Origin: a virus
Lineage: Duplodnaviria > Caudoviricetes
IMG/VR virus record: IMGVR_UViG_3300028800_000096
Span: 907 to 64,906 of that record
Reading direction: 5' to 3' (one strand)
Length of the DNA stretch: 64,000 nucleotides
Shown: in pieces, positions 1 to 9,293 of the stretch
How positions within the stretch are numbered: position 1 is the stretch's first letter
How the letters are laid out: each line of letters begins with the position of its first letter
Program-made: the position numbers and the translations under genes
Notes under the pieces: generated by a model
Seen by the model: only the letters and a program-made list of their open reading frames with translations
Database searches by the model: none
Told to the model about the DNA's origin: nothing

Positions 1-2346
1 ACAGACGTGTTCGATTACTTCGGGTGGAACGACGATGTTCCGGGCGAGTGGGAACGTGGCACAGGTCATATGTCTGATGCCGCGACACTCGTTCGCGACA
101 CGGTTCTCGCGAGTTCCAACAGTGGGGCAGCCGTAGATTGGTCTGCCGGCACAAAGCATCTGACCAACGACATCCCGGCTGCAAAACAGCTCTATCTCGA
201 CGCATCCAATAATCTCACGGTGCCAGGAACAATTACGCAGGACGGGAATGCTGTTCTTGATGCTTCAGACATAGGGTCTAAAGTTCAATCCTATGATGGA
301 GCGGTCAACCTCAAGGACTGGGGTGCGAAGGGCGACGGCATCACAAAGACGGATGGCGCCATTACCTCAGGCGACAACACGCTGACCTCTGCAAGTTCGT
401 CATTTTCATCAGCCGACGTTGGGAAGGCTATCCTCGTTACCGGAGCCGGGACAGCCGGTGCGCTGCTGGTGACGACGATTGCCAGCATCAATTCCGGAAC
501 ATCTATAGAACTGACGGACGCCGCGTCAACAACGGTGTCATCATCGGGGAGATTCGTCTACGGGACTGATGATACCGCCTCGATCAACGATGCGTTCGCG
601 GCCCTTGTGTCCGGGCGGGCCGTTCTGCCCTTCGGTGATTACGTCGTCACCGACACGATCCAGCTACTCCATAAGAACGACGCGAACAATCAAGGTATGC
701 GCAATCTTGAGATTAGCGCTTATGGAGCGAAGATCACCACGTCCGTCGCAGCGGGAGAAACTGCATTCCTGCTCGACGATGTTAAGAACCTGACGCTACG
801 CGGATTAGAAATATTCGGTGAGAACTATCCTGATTTCAACATCGAGGGCGCATGGTGCTGCCGGTTTGTTGATCTTCGGGCGACGACGCTGCCGCTAAAC
901 TTCTCGAAGCTGAACCTCCCCGAGACGACGTTCGACATAAACCTGTGGCTCAAGTTCGATAATTGCGAATTCAGATGTCTGGGGATGTACACAGGCCCCA
1001 CAGCAGGCGACTCGCTGGACTTAAACGCGACTTATTTTGATGCCTGCCGCATCGGAACGGCGCGCGCAAATATGACCGTGACGGCACCTGATTACCTCAT
1101 ATCGGTTTACGGATCGCGCGGCCCTCGTGGCGTGCATTTTATGAACTGTGATTTGAGCTACTACGGCGTCGCAATGTTCTACATTGACGAGCAGGTGGAT
1201 GCAGGCGCGGGCATCAACATCTACGGCGGGTATATGGATAGCGCCTTGATCGGAACGCCGGTCGATCTGAAAGGTTTGGTAATCAACTTCCGCGGCGGCG
1301 TCGTCGCACACAGTACTCCGAAATACTTCGACACAGCCGTTGCTGACGTGGGATCGCAGCAGGTTCTTGACTTCTCCTGGGGCGACAGAAACGGCTCCCG
1401 GTATCCCGTCTCGTCTTCGAACCTTTTTAAAAACGGCGACCTTCGTTACGGCCTGCGTGACATAACCTATAATTCCACAGTCGATCTTACCAAGACCGTC
1501 GAAACTGGCGCGGGTGTCTACGGCAAATTCGCAAGGTTCGTGACATCTGCGAACCGTGGCATCAATTTCAGTTCGATCGATCTGCCGTTCGATGGTGTCT
1601 ATTCCATCGTCCTAATGATCCGTAATCGTGGAGATGCTCTGACGGGTAGCCTTTACGATGGCGTCGGAACAGCCATAGCCTACAATGCACTCGACATCCC
1701 AGGAGCCATTGACGAATGGGTTATTGCGTCGGTGATTACACCTGTAATATCTTCAGGAACGAGCATTCGGCTGCAACTCACTGGCGTGGACAGCTACAAT
1801 CTCGACTTCGATATTGCTTATGTCGGGTTGACCTACGGTCGTATTGCTCCTCTGCTGTCGTTGCCGCCGCCCGATACAAACATGTGGAAGGTGCTCGCCC
1901 ACGACGCGGCCGGGTGGAGTCATACCGGAGACACGTCGGAGACGGCGCTGGTCAATGTTAAAATCCCCGGCGGTTATCTTGGCGCCAACGGAATGGTGCG
2001 CATTACGACACTTTGGACTGGAACCAGCAGCGCCAATAACAAGTCCATGAAAGTGAGACATGCTGCGTCTTCTGGCGTTACCGGTAACACGTACACCTCG
2101 GTATCGACGACCACGTCGGCGACATCAAAATATCAGACGGAATTTCACAACCGGAACTCTGTGTCGTCACAAGTCGGAGGATTGTCTGCGGGTACCGGAG
2201 GATGGGGCACAACGAGCCTTGGGCTAATCTCTGGCACAGTAGATACGTCGGCGGATAGCTATATCAATATCACGGGCCAACTCGCAAACGGCGGCGAAAC
2301 ACTGACGCTCGAAGCCTACACGGTCGAAGTTCTTTACCAATCCTAA
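1..2346 (+). CDS. Tail fibre/tailspike protein, 5'-truncated at the window edge, with a pectate-lyase-like beta-helix region
   Basis: Frame is open from base 1. WERGTG..TLVRDTVLASSNSGAAVDWSAGTK virion N-terminal module; VNLKDWGAKGDG..DDTASINDAF beta-helix entry motif. Confidence 0.8.
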   Translation, partial: TDVFDYFGWNDDVPGEWERGTGHMSDAATLVRDTVLASSNSGAAVDWSAGTKHLTNDIPAAKQLYLDASNNLTVPGTITQDGNAVLDASDIGSKVQSYDGAVNLKDWGAKGDGITKTDGAITSGDNTLTSASSSFSSADVGKAILVTGAGTAGALLVTTIASINSGTSIELTDAASTTVSSSGRFVYGTDDTASINDAFAALVSGRAVLPFGDYVVTDTIQLLHKNDANNQGMRNLEISAYGAKITTSVAAGETAFLLDDVKNLTLRGLEIFGENYPDFNIEGAWCCRFVDLRATTLPLNFSKLNLPETTFDINLWLKFDNCEFRCLGMYTGPTAGDSLDLNATYFDACRIGTARANMTVTAPDYLISVYGSRGPRGVHFMNCDLSYYGVAMFYIDEQVDAGAGINIYGGYMDSALIGTPVDLKGLVINFRGGVVAHSTPKYFDTAVADVGSQQVLDFSWGDRNGSRYPVSSSNLFKNGDLRYGLRDITYNSTVDLTKTVETGAGVYGKFARFVTSANRGINFSSIDLPFDGVYSIVLMIRNRGDALTGSLYDGVGTAIAYNALDIPGAIDEWVIASVITPVISSGTSIRLQLTGVDSYNLDFDIAYVGLTYGRIAPLLSLPPPDTNMWKVLAHDAAGWSHTGDTSETALVNVKIPGGYLGANGMVRITTLWTGTSSANNKSMKVRHAASSGVTGNTYTSVSTTTSATSKYQTEFHNRNSVSSQVGGLSAGTGGWGTTSLGLISGTVDTSADSYINITGQLANGGETLTLEAYTVEVLYQS

Positions 2347-2398
2347 TTGGCAGATTGGAACCGTTCGCGCACGTAGCAGCGAAGCATAGGACACAGCC

Positions 2399-3109
2399 AT
2401 GATCGGTAACTTCATTGGAGCACCGATTGGTGGTGTTGTCGTTCGGGAAGACAATTCTCTCGTTGTTATCCCGGCAAATGTCGCGATCTCCGGTCAGTCC
2501 GTGGCGCTCGTGGCAGACCGTAGGATGGCGGTTTCTGCTGCGGACGTTACAATTGGAGCGCAAAGCGCTGATCTCGCTCTCGACCGTCGCATAACGATCA
2601 ATGCGGCTGATGTGGAGATCGCCGGACAAAGCTTAGTCCTTCGCGCAACCCGCTATCTCTACGTTTCAGCCAGCAACGTTGCGATTGCAGGTGTTTCCGT
2701 TACGCTGAACCTTAATAGAATGCTGCATGCGCTTGTTGCAGGCATTTCTGTTGCGGGTCAGACTGTCTTTCTCAGAGCCCAACGCGCGGCACTGACCGTT
2801 CTGCCAGCCAATGTGGCGATCTCTGGCTATGCCATCCGGATCGCCCGGACGTATGCCATTCTGGTCGAACGTGCGAGCGTTCTGATCCATGGCATGACGG
2901 TCCGGTTGCTCCGGACGCGGGTTCTGAGCCCGGTCGATGCACCGCCTTCTGCAACGTTAGTTCCGATCTCGTCTCCAGATTCGGCGACCTTGATTGATCT
3001 CACTCAACCGGCAAGCGCAGTCCTTATAGATCTTGCAGCGGCTTCGAACGCAACCCTGATACCTGTCGATGCCCCCACATCTGTCACGCTTTTTGAAGAT
3101 GCGGCCTGA
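2399..3109 (+). CDS. Hypothetical virion protein with beta-strand repeats
   Basis: Repeated A(N/D)VxI(A/S)GQSV units; located in the structural operon. Confidence 0.6.
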   Translation: MIGNFIGAPIGGVVVREDNSLVVIPANVAISGQSVALVADRRMAVSAADVTIGAQSADLALDRRITINAADVEIAGQSLVLRATRYLYVSASNVAIAGVSVTLNLNRMLHALVAGISVAGQTVFLRAQRAALTVLPANVAISGYAIRIARTYAILVERASVLIHGMTVRLLRTRVLSPVDAPPSATLVPISSPDSATLIDLTQPASAVLIDLAAASNATLIPVDAPTSVTLFEDAA

Positions 3110-3129
3110 CACAACAAGGTTTTGAATTC

Positions 3130-3810
3130 ATGGCAACCAGCGGCAGCACTGATTTCTCGATCAACGCCCGCCAGCTTATCCAGTACGCTCTGGAGAAGAT
3201 CAACATCGTCGCCGAAGGCCAGTCGATGAGCGATACGGCGGCGGAAAAAGGACGCATCGAACTCAACCTTCTCCTGCATTCCTGGCAGAAACACCCGGCA
3301 CTCTGGCGGACGAGCGAAGGTTACGTTGGCCTCATTGCGAATACACCCGCGATCGCACTGACGCCACGACCCTATCGCGTTCTCGATTGCCGCTTTCGTC
3401 AAACAACCGGCATCGATATTCCAATGGTCGAATTGACCAAGCAGGAATACATGGACCTGCCCAACAAGACGACGACCGGCATTCCAACGCAATGGTATTT
3501 CGAGCCGCAGAGGGACAGCAGCAACCTTTATGCCTGGCCGGTTCTTTCCTCAGTCACGACGGAAACGGTCCGCGTTACCTATCAGAGGCGATTTGAAGAC
3601 ATCGACGATCTTGCCAATGACATCGACATCACGCAGGAGCACCTCGATACGGTGCGAATGAATTTGGCGGCGCGATTGGCCGATAGCTATGGCCGGGCCG
3701 GCCCCCACATCGACCGCATTATCCAACGCTCTGAATCGTTGCGCGAGGAAATGGAGGACTGCGACCGCCCGGAAACTCTGAGGTTTGTCCCGGAGACACG
3801 GTATGGGTGA
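3130..3810 (+). CDS. Head-tail adaptor (P22 gp4-like)
   Basis: MATSGSTDFS..LIQYALEKI start, LYAWP motif, NLAARLA; directly upstream of the gp10-like gene. Confidence 0.75.
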   Translation: MATSGSTDFSINARQLIQYALEKINIVAEGQSMSDTAAEKGRIELNLLLHSWQKHPALWRTSEGYVGLIANTPAIALTPRPYRVLDCRFRQTTGIDIPMVELTKQEYMDLPNKTTTGIPTQWYFEPQRDSSNLYAWPVLSSVTTETVRVTYQRRFEDIDDLANDIDITQEHLDTVRMNLAARLADSYGRAGPHIDRIIQRSESLREEMEDCDRPETLRFVPETRYG

Positions 3811-5230
3811 GTCTCTGACGCTCGATTTCGGGCTCGGCTCCGAGCCTGGACGTTATGGCCAGGATACAGGTCCGAGGCACTGGAACGCCATCGTCGAAGC
3901 CAAGCAGAAGGGCAAGGTTCCGGCTCCGATCTATGTCGAAGACGGTTTCACTGTATTCTCGCCGGGACGAACGTTCGCCGCCAATCGAGGCATGGTCGTT
4001 CTCGACGATACGACGATGTACGCCCTGCTAGGGACGGTCTTCACGAAGATTGGAGCCGATGGTCAACGCACGGGTGTTGGTAATATCGCAGGCACCGCAC
4101 GCGCCATCATGGCGCGCAATGAAGCGTCCACGGTTCAAATCGCCATCGTCATCGATGGAAACAAGTTCATTTGCTCCAATGACACGGTTACGACGTTGAG
4201 CGATGCCGATCTGCCGGCGGCAAATTCGTGCACGTTTCTCAACCGCAAGATTATTTTCGGAATTGATGACGGACGCTTTTTCTGGTCGGCTGTCGACGAT
4301 TCCACAAGCATCTCGGCGCTCGATTTTGCCGAAGCCGAAGGCAATCCGGATGGGGGTGTCCGGGTCATAGCGCATCTGCAGGAACTCTGGATTTTCGGAA
4401 CCGAGAGTATCGAAGTCTGGTACGATAATGGCGATGGGTTCACCCGCCGGACCGGCGTCGTCATCCCAAAAGGATGCCTCGGAAAACATAAACATACCAT
4501 TGCCGAACTTGATAAGGATCTGTTCTGGGTCGGAAACGATAACGTCGTCTATGCGGCGGCGGGCTATGGATTCGAACGCATCTCGACCGATTACCTCGAA
4601 GAACTAATCCGACTAACGCAGGACAAGTCGACGCTCGTCGCCACGGCCTATTTCAAGAACGGGACGGGGTTTTATGTCCTGAGTTCAGACGAGTGGTCCT
4701 GGGCCTTCAACCGGACGCTTAGTCAGTCGTCGGGACAGGCGTGCTGGTCGGAGAGATTTTCCAAGGGCGGAACGCGCTGGAAGGGGAACGGCGCGGTTAA
4801 CTTCGCCAACCGGGTCATCATCGGATCGAAAGACGACGACGCTCTGTATCAGATGAGCCAGGCGGCCTTTACCGAAGCGGGAGAGGAAATCATCTGGCGA
4901 GTTCGCTGCGCACCGATGCATGCGTTCCCAAATCAGATTTGCGTCGACCGTCTGCATCTCGATCTCTTTACCGGCTTTGGACTTAACTCCACGGATGAGA
5001 AAAAATCCGATCCGAGAATTGGCCTCCGATGGTCCGACGACGGGGGAAGGACATGGAGCAACCAGTTGTTCCGGTCACTCGGCAAGATCGGGAAGGGTAT
5101 GACGCGGGTGACGTTCGACGCCCTGGGCTTGACGGGTGTTTCGGGAAGGATTTGGGAGCTGGAAAGCTCAAGCCCAACGGTTAGGGGGTTGATGCAGGCC
5201 AAGATCGAAGGCGATCTAAACTCAACATGA
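3803..5230 (+). CDS. Packaged DNA stabilisation/tail nozzle protein (P22 gp10-like)
   Basis: FAEAEGNPD, ELWIFGTESIEVWY and LRWSDDGGRTWSN motifs typical of the gp10 family. Confidence 0.88.
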   Translation: MGESLTLDFGLGSEPGRYGQDTGPRHWNAIVEAKQKGKVPAPIYVEDGFTVFSPGRTFAANRGMVVLDDTTMYALLGTVFTKIGADGQRTGVGNIAGTARAIMARNEASTVQIAIVIDGNKFICSNDTVTTLSDADLPAANSCTFLNRKIIFGIDDGRFFWSAVDDSTSISALDFAEAEGNPDGGVRVIAHLQELWIFGTESIEVWYDNGDGFTRRTGVVIPKGCLGKHKHTIAELDKDLFWVGNDNVVYAAAGYGFERISTDYLEELIRLTQDKSTLVATAYFKNGTGFYVLSSDEWSWAFNRTLSQSSGQACWSERFSKGGTRWKGNGAVNFANRVIIGSKDDDALYQMSQAAFTEAGEEIIWRVRCAPMHAFPNQICVDRLHLDLFTGFGLNSTDEKKSDPRIGLRWSDDGGRTWSNQLFRSLGKIGKGMTRVTFDALGLTGVSGRIWELESSSPTVRGLMQAKIEGDLNST

Positions 5231-5239
5231 GGAAACGAG

Positions 5240-5767
5240 ATGGCCAATAACGATCTTCGGGTCCCGCACATCAACGAAAACTTGAGCACGTCTCAGGGCC
5301 GAGCCAATGATAACTGGCATCGGTTTTTTGATGAGATGTCGGCAAAGGCCAACGGCACCGCAGCAGCGCTGTCTAATATCGCCGAAGCGACGGTTTCGGA
5401 CTATCGGACAGATGCCGCCGGCTTTAAAGCGCTCACGCCTGAAACGGTCTGGGATTCGACGGCCTATGTGGCATTGACTGATGGCACGACCATCGCAGTA
5501 GATATGTCGGCGGGGTTTAACTTCTCGGTGTCGATTGCAGGTAATCGAACGCTAAGCAATCCGACCAACGTCAAAATGCAGGCCGGAAAATTCAAGGTCA
5601 CGGCTTCGGGCGGAGATCGAACGATCGACGTCGGGACGAACTATAAGAAAACGGCCGATCTTTCGTTTCCGGTCACGATAGTCTCAGGTGAGACGGCCTT
5701 CATCTATTACGACGTCGACGATTCGACGCACATTAACATCACAGCCGTTTTGAACAATCCCGCATGA
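5240..5767 (+). CDS. Tail protein (needle/fibre-like)
   Basis: Follows gp10; LTDGTTIAVDMSAGFNFSVSIAGNRTLSNPTN module seen in phage tail proteins. Confidence 0.6.
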   Translation: MANNDLRVPHINENLSTSQGRANDNWHRFFDEMSAKANGTAAALSNIAEATVSDYRTDAAGFKALTPETVWDSTAYVALTDGTTIAVDMSAGFNFSVSIAGNRTLSNPTNVKMQAGKFKVTASGGDRTIDVGTNYKKTADLSFPVTIVSGETAFIYYDVDDSTHINITAVLNNPA

Positions 5768-6516
5768 TACCCGGAGCGTTTCCAATTGTTGCTGGCGCTT
5801 CGCGGTATCGGGCGAAAGGCATCTCCTTCGATGGGTCTAGCTACCTAGAACGTTCGTCGAATTTCAGCGGCATAGCAGATGGTCGAACTGGGACGCTCTC
5901 GTTCTGGATCAGGTTTTCAAACGCCGCTGACGATGGAAAGTCTTTTGTAATTATGTTTTCAGGCAGTTCAAGGATCGTCTTTACTCGAAACTCATCCAAT
6001 CTAATAAGCTTAAATCTTCTCGCCTCTAACGATGTAACGCTGTTTTCCTTCAGGAATACGACACAAATATTGTCGGATAGTACCTGGCACCATATTATCA
6101 CATCTTGGGATGTCAATGCTTTCGGCAATCTCCGCCTCTATGTCGACGGGGTTGACGACCTTAATCCAGCCGTAAGCGGCTCAACATCACGTGACATTGA
6201 CTATACGGATGCGCCTTTCCGAATAGGAAAATTGACGCCGGGATGGTCCGGATCATCACCATTGAAGGGTGATCTGGCCGAATATTGGTTCGCGCCGACC
6301 TATATTGACGTGTCGGTTGCGGCAAATCTCGCGAAATTCCGCTCAACGTCTGGGCGGCCGGCGTTTCCAGGTGTTGACGGGTCTTTACCGACCGGAAGCC
6401 CACCAACAATTTACGTCACTGGTCCAGCATCGACTGTCACGACCAACAAGGGCGCGGGCGGTGATTTCACGATGAGCGGCGCACTGACGGACGCTTCGAC
6501 TTCTCCCTCTGACTGA
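5764..6516 (+). CDS. LamG/concanavalin-like domain protein
   Basis: TLSFWIR, WHHIITSWD, LRLYVDG motifs; ATGA overlap with the previous gene. Confidence 0.75.
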   Translation: MIPGAFPIVAGASRYRAKGISFDGSSYLERSSNFSGIADGRTGTLSFWIRFSNAADDGKSFVIMFSGSSRIVFTRNSSNLISLNLLASNDVTLFSFRNTTQILSDSTWHHIITSWDVNAFGNLRLYVDGVDDLNPAVSGSTSRDIDYTDAPFRIGKLTPGWSGSSPLKGDLAEYWFAPTYIDVSVAANLAKFRSTSGRPAFPGVDGSLPTGSPPTIYVTGPASTVTTNKGAGGDFTMSGALTDASTSPSD

Positions 6517-6530
6517 ACAAGGCAAAACTT

Positions 6531-7004
6531 ATGGGCTTTCTTGCACCCGTCGAGAACCGGCGGCCTCGGACCATCATGCGCTTTGCCAAGGCGGGCGACG
6601 TTCCACGGCTCGTTGATATGGGCCTGAGGTTTATCGAGGAAAGCTCATACAACGGACGCTTAGCCAAGAACCGGCATGCGCTGGAAAAACTCATGCTGCG
6701 CCTGATCGAACAGCCGGACGGATATCTCGCAGTCTCAGAACGTCTGGGGATCCTCACGGGCATGATCGGTTGTGCCGCCTACGTGCACCCCTGGTCCGGA
6801 GAATGGATTGCCGGAGAATTGTTCTGGTGGGTCGAACCTGAGCACCGGGGGTCTGGCGTGTCTCTGATGGGCGCCGCTGAGAGATGGGCGAACGATAAAG
6901 ATTGCGTGCGGTTTCAGATGATCGCCCCGAACGAGAGATTGGCGAACCTCTACGAAGCGCGCGGATACATGAAACTTGAAGAAGCCTGGCAGAAGGATCT
7001 TTAG
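6531..7004 (+). CDS. GNAT-family acetyltransferase
   Basis: ELFWWVEPEHRGSG and LYEARGY GNAT motifs; lies before the ejection genes. Confidence 0.8.
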   Translation: MGFLAPVENRRPRTIMRFAKAGDVPRLVDMGLRFIEESSYNGRLAKNRHALEKLMLRLIEQPDGYLAVSERLGILTGMIGCAAYVHPWSGEWIAGELFWWVEPEHRGSGVSLMGAAERWANDKDCVRFQMIAPNERLANLYEARGYMKLEEAWQKDL

Positions 7005-7007
7005 ACG

Positions 7008-7688
7008 ATGGCTGGTTCATTACTTGCAGCCGCGATCGGAGCGGGTGCGTCACTGCTGGGCGGCAAGATGCAGTCCGATGCCGCCAAGGCCGCCGCGAAA
7101 CAACAGCAGAAAGCCATTTCGCAGGGCATCACCGAATCTCAGCCCTATTTCGAGCAAGGTCAGAACTATCTGAAACCTTACATCGGTGCTGGAACCGATA
7201 GCCTCGGGATCATCAACGACATTCAAGGTTTGAACGGTCCAGAGGCACAAGCCAAAGCCCTGGAGATGTACAAATCGAACCCGAGCGCCGCGCTTTTGAC
7301 TGATGTCAACAACGAAGCGGTGCGGAAGACGATCGGCGCTCATGCCGCCGATGGCAGCGGGAATTCAGGCTCGGCAACAGTCGATCTTGCACAGCGTCTC
7401 TCGGCCAACACGCTCAATGATTATTACAACTGGCAGAACCTGTCGTCGGGTCTCGTCAACACGGGAGCCAATGCAGCCGGAGCTGGAGCGAACCTCTCGC
7501 AGAACTACGGCGACACAATTCTCAATGCACGGACAGGACAAGGGACGGCCGCGGCATCAGGAACGGTCGGGGCATCGAATGCGCAGGTCGGCGGCATGAT
7601 GGGGGCCACGAACTGGCTGAGCTACCTGAGCGGCCAGAACGGCAACGATCTGACCAAGGCCATCAGTCCCGCATCGACGCCGAGATAG
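7008..7688 (+). CDS. DNA ejection protein (P22 gp7-like)
   Basis: Gly/Ala-rich AAAIGAGASLLGG N-terminus, AAKQQ, PYIGAG; position in the operon. Confidence 0.7.
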   Translation: MAGSLLAAAIGAGASLLGGKMQSDAAKAAAKQQQKAISQGITESQPYFEQGQNYLKPYIGAGTDSLGIINDIQGLNGPEAQAKALEMYKSNPSAALLTDVNNEAVRKTIGAHAADGSGNSGSATVDLAQRLSANTLNDYYNWQNLSSGLVNTGANAAGAGANLSQNYGDTILNARTGQGTAAASGTVGASNAQVGGMMGATNWLSYLSGQNGNDLTKAISPASTPR

Positions 7689-7697
7689 GACGAGATC

Positions 7698-9293
7698 ATG
7701 GGATTCAATGGAATAGGCGCCTTGCCCGCGCTTCAAGTCGACACCGGCTATCTTTCGAGCCCGACGCCGATCAACGCATTCCGGCAGGGCATGCAGGATC
7801 GCCAGGTCCAGGACCAGACGAATCTTCTGAAGCAGGTCGGGCAAGTCGCGAGCACGGGCAACTATCTCGATGCGGCAAAAACCGCGATGGCCGGCGGCGA
7901 CATCAAGACCGGAATGGACATATCGAATTGGGATACGGGCCGGCGAACGAAGGCGATTGATTTCCTGACGGAAGGCGCGCAGCGCGCCGATACGCCGGAG
8001 AAATGGAATGCGCTTGTGGACGTTGCTGAAAACGCGTTCGGCTCTGATCTTGTAGGGAAGTATCGAGACTTCAATTCGCGGCCTGCTGCCTTGACGGCCC
8101 TGCAATCGGCACAGCTTAAAATCCAGCAGGCGAACGCAGATCGGGAAGCCCAGGAAAGCGCTGCACGTATTCCCTATCTCAATGCCCAGACGAAATCTCT
8201 CGGTCAGAAAGATGCGTTGAACGAAGCCATCGCAGGTATGGTGACGAATGCGACGAAACCCGATGCGACGGGTGCAACTCCGGCACCAGACCAGACGGCA
8301 CCGACCGTTCAGCCGCAGAGCTTCAACGGTGCTCCAACAATGCCGGGTGTTACTTTGGCGTCAAACACGCAAAGCGTTCCAGGCCCTGTCCCTGCACCGT
8401 CCTCAACTCTGGCGGCGCCATCGCCTACACTTCCAAGGTTCGCCCCGACCGACCTCGCAGCGCGCGCGCCGATTGCTTCTCCCGTCTCATCTGCCGGACC
8501 ACAAGGCGGAAATCTCATTTTTGCCGGGGATACCCCCGCGCCGGCCGCTAAGGCTGCTCCGGCTCAACCTGTTTTGATTGACACCCCTTTGGGGAAGATG
8601 ACCGCTGCAAAGGCAAAACAACTTGGACTGGCTCTCGCTCTCTCTGGTAAAGGCGATGCCGGAAAGCTTCTGACAGACGCGGCCAATCAAGGAGAACTCA
8701 GCAAAGGCGCAACGACACAGAACGACAAGGAAGAACTCGCGGCGACGGGACAGCTTGCGACGCTCGATGCGGTGAAGGATGCTTTTGACACCAAGTTTTT
8801 GAATATTCCAAATCGGTTCAAGTTCTGGTCCTCGGCACTGGCAGAGAAATTCACAACGTTGTCCCCCAAGGATCAGGCAGATCTCGCGGCTTATACGCAG
8901 TTCCGGCAGGCCACCTTCCATAACGTCAACCGGGTTCTGAAAGACCTGTCAGGTACGGCGGTTACGGAAAACGAAATGCAACGGCAGTTGAAGGATCAGC
9001 CCAACGCCGGCAACGGCATCGGAGACGGGGACTCCCCAACCGAGTTTGCCACTAAGCTCCGGGGTGAACTCGCTTTTGCACATTCCGCCATTGCCAGAGC
9101 GCGGTATCTCCGGGCGCACGGGTTCACCGGAAAACCTTGGGACAGCGGGATTTCAATCGACGACATGCCGGCGATCATCAATCAGCGAGCCAAAGAAGTC
9201 GAACAACAGATCAAGGAGTCCAACCCCAACGTCGATCCAATGAAATTGCAGGGTGCGGTGACGCGGCAGATCAAGCAGGAGTTCGGAATTTGA
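7698..9293 (+). CDS. DNA ejection/internal virion protein (gp20 position)
   Basis: Long Ala/Gln/Pro-rich protein with an LSGTAVTENE motif; synteny. Confidence 0.6.
   Translation: MGFNGIGALPALQVDTGYLSSPTPINAFRQGMQDRQVQDQTNLLKQVGQVASTGNYLDAAKTAMAGGDIKTGMDISNWDTGRRTKAIDFLTEGAQRADTPEKWNALVDVAENAFGSDLVGKYRDFNSRPAALTALQSAQLKIQQANADREAQESAARIPYLNAQTKSLGQKDALNEAIAGMVTNATKPDATGATPAPDQTAPTVQPQSFNGAPTMPGVTLASNTQSVPGPVPAPSSTLAAPSPTLPRFAPTDLAARAPIASPVSSAGPQGGNLIFAGDTPAPAAKAAPAQPVLIDTPLGKMTAAKAKQLGLALALSGKGDAGKLLTDAANQGELSKGATTQNDKEELAATGQLATLDAVKDAFDTKFLNIPNRFKFWSSALAEKFTTLSPKDQADLAAYTQFRQATFHNVNRVLKDLSGTAVTENEMQRQLKDQPNAGNGIGDGDSPTEFATKLRGELAFAHSAIARARYLRAHGFTGKPWDSGISIDDMPAIINQRAKEVEQQIKESNPNVDPMKLQGAVTRQIKQEFGI

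Noticed and set aside
1-2346. Diversity-generating retroelement acting on the tail fibres
   Set aside because: No reverse transcriptase and no template/variable repeat pair were seen in the window.
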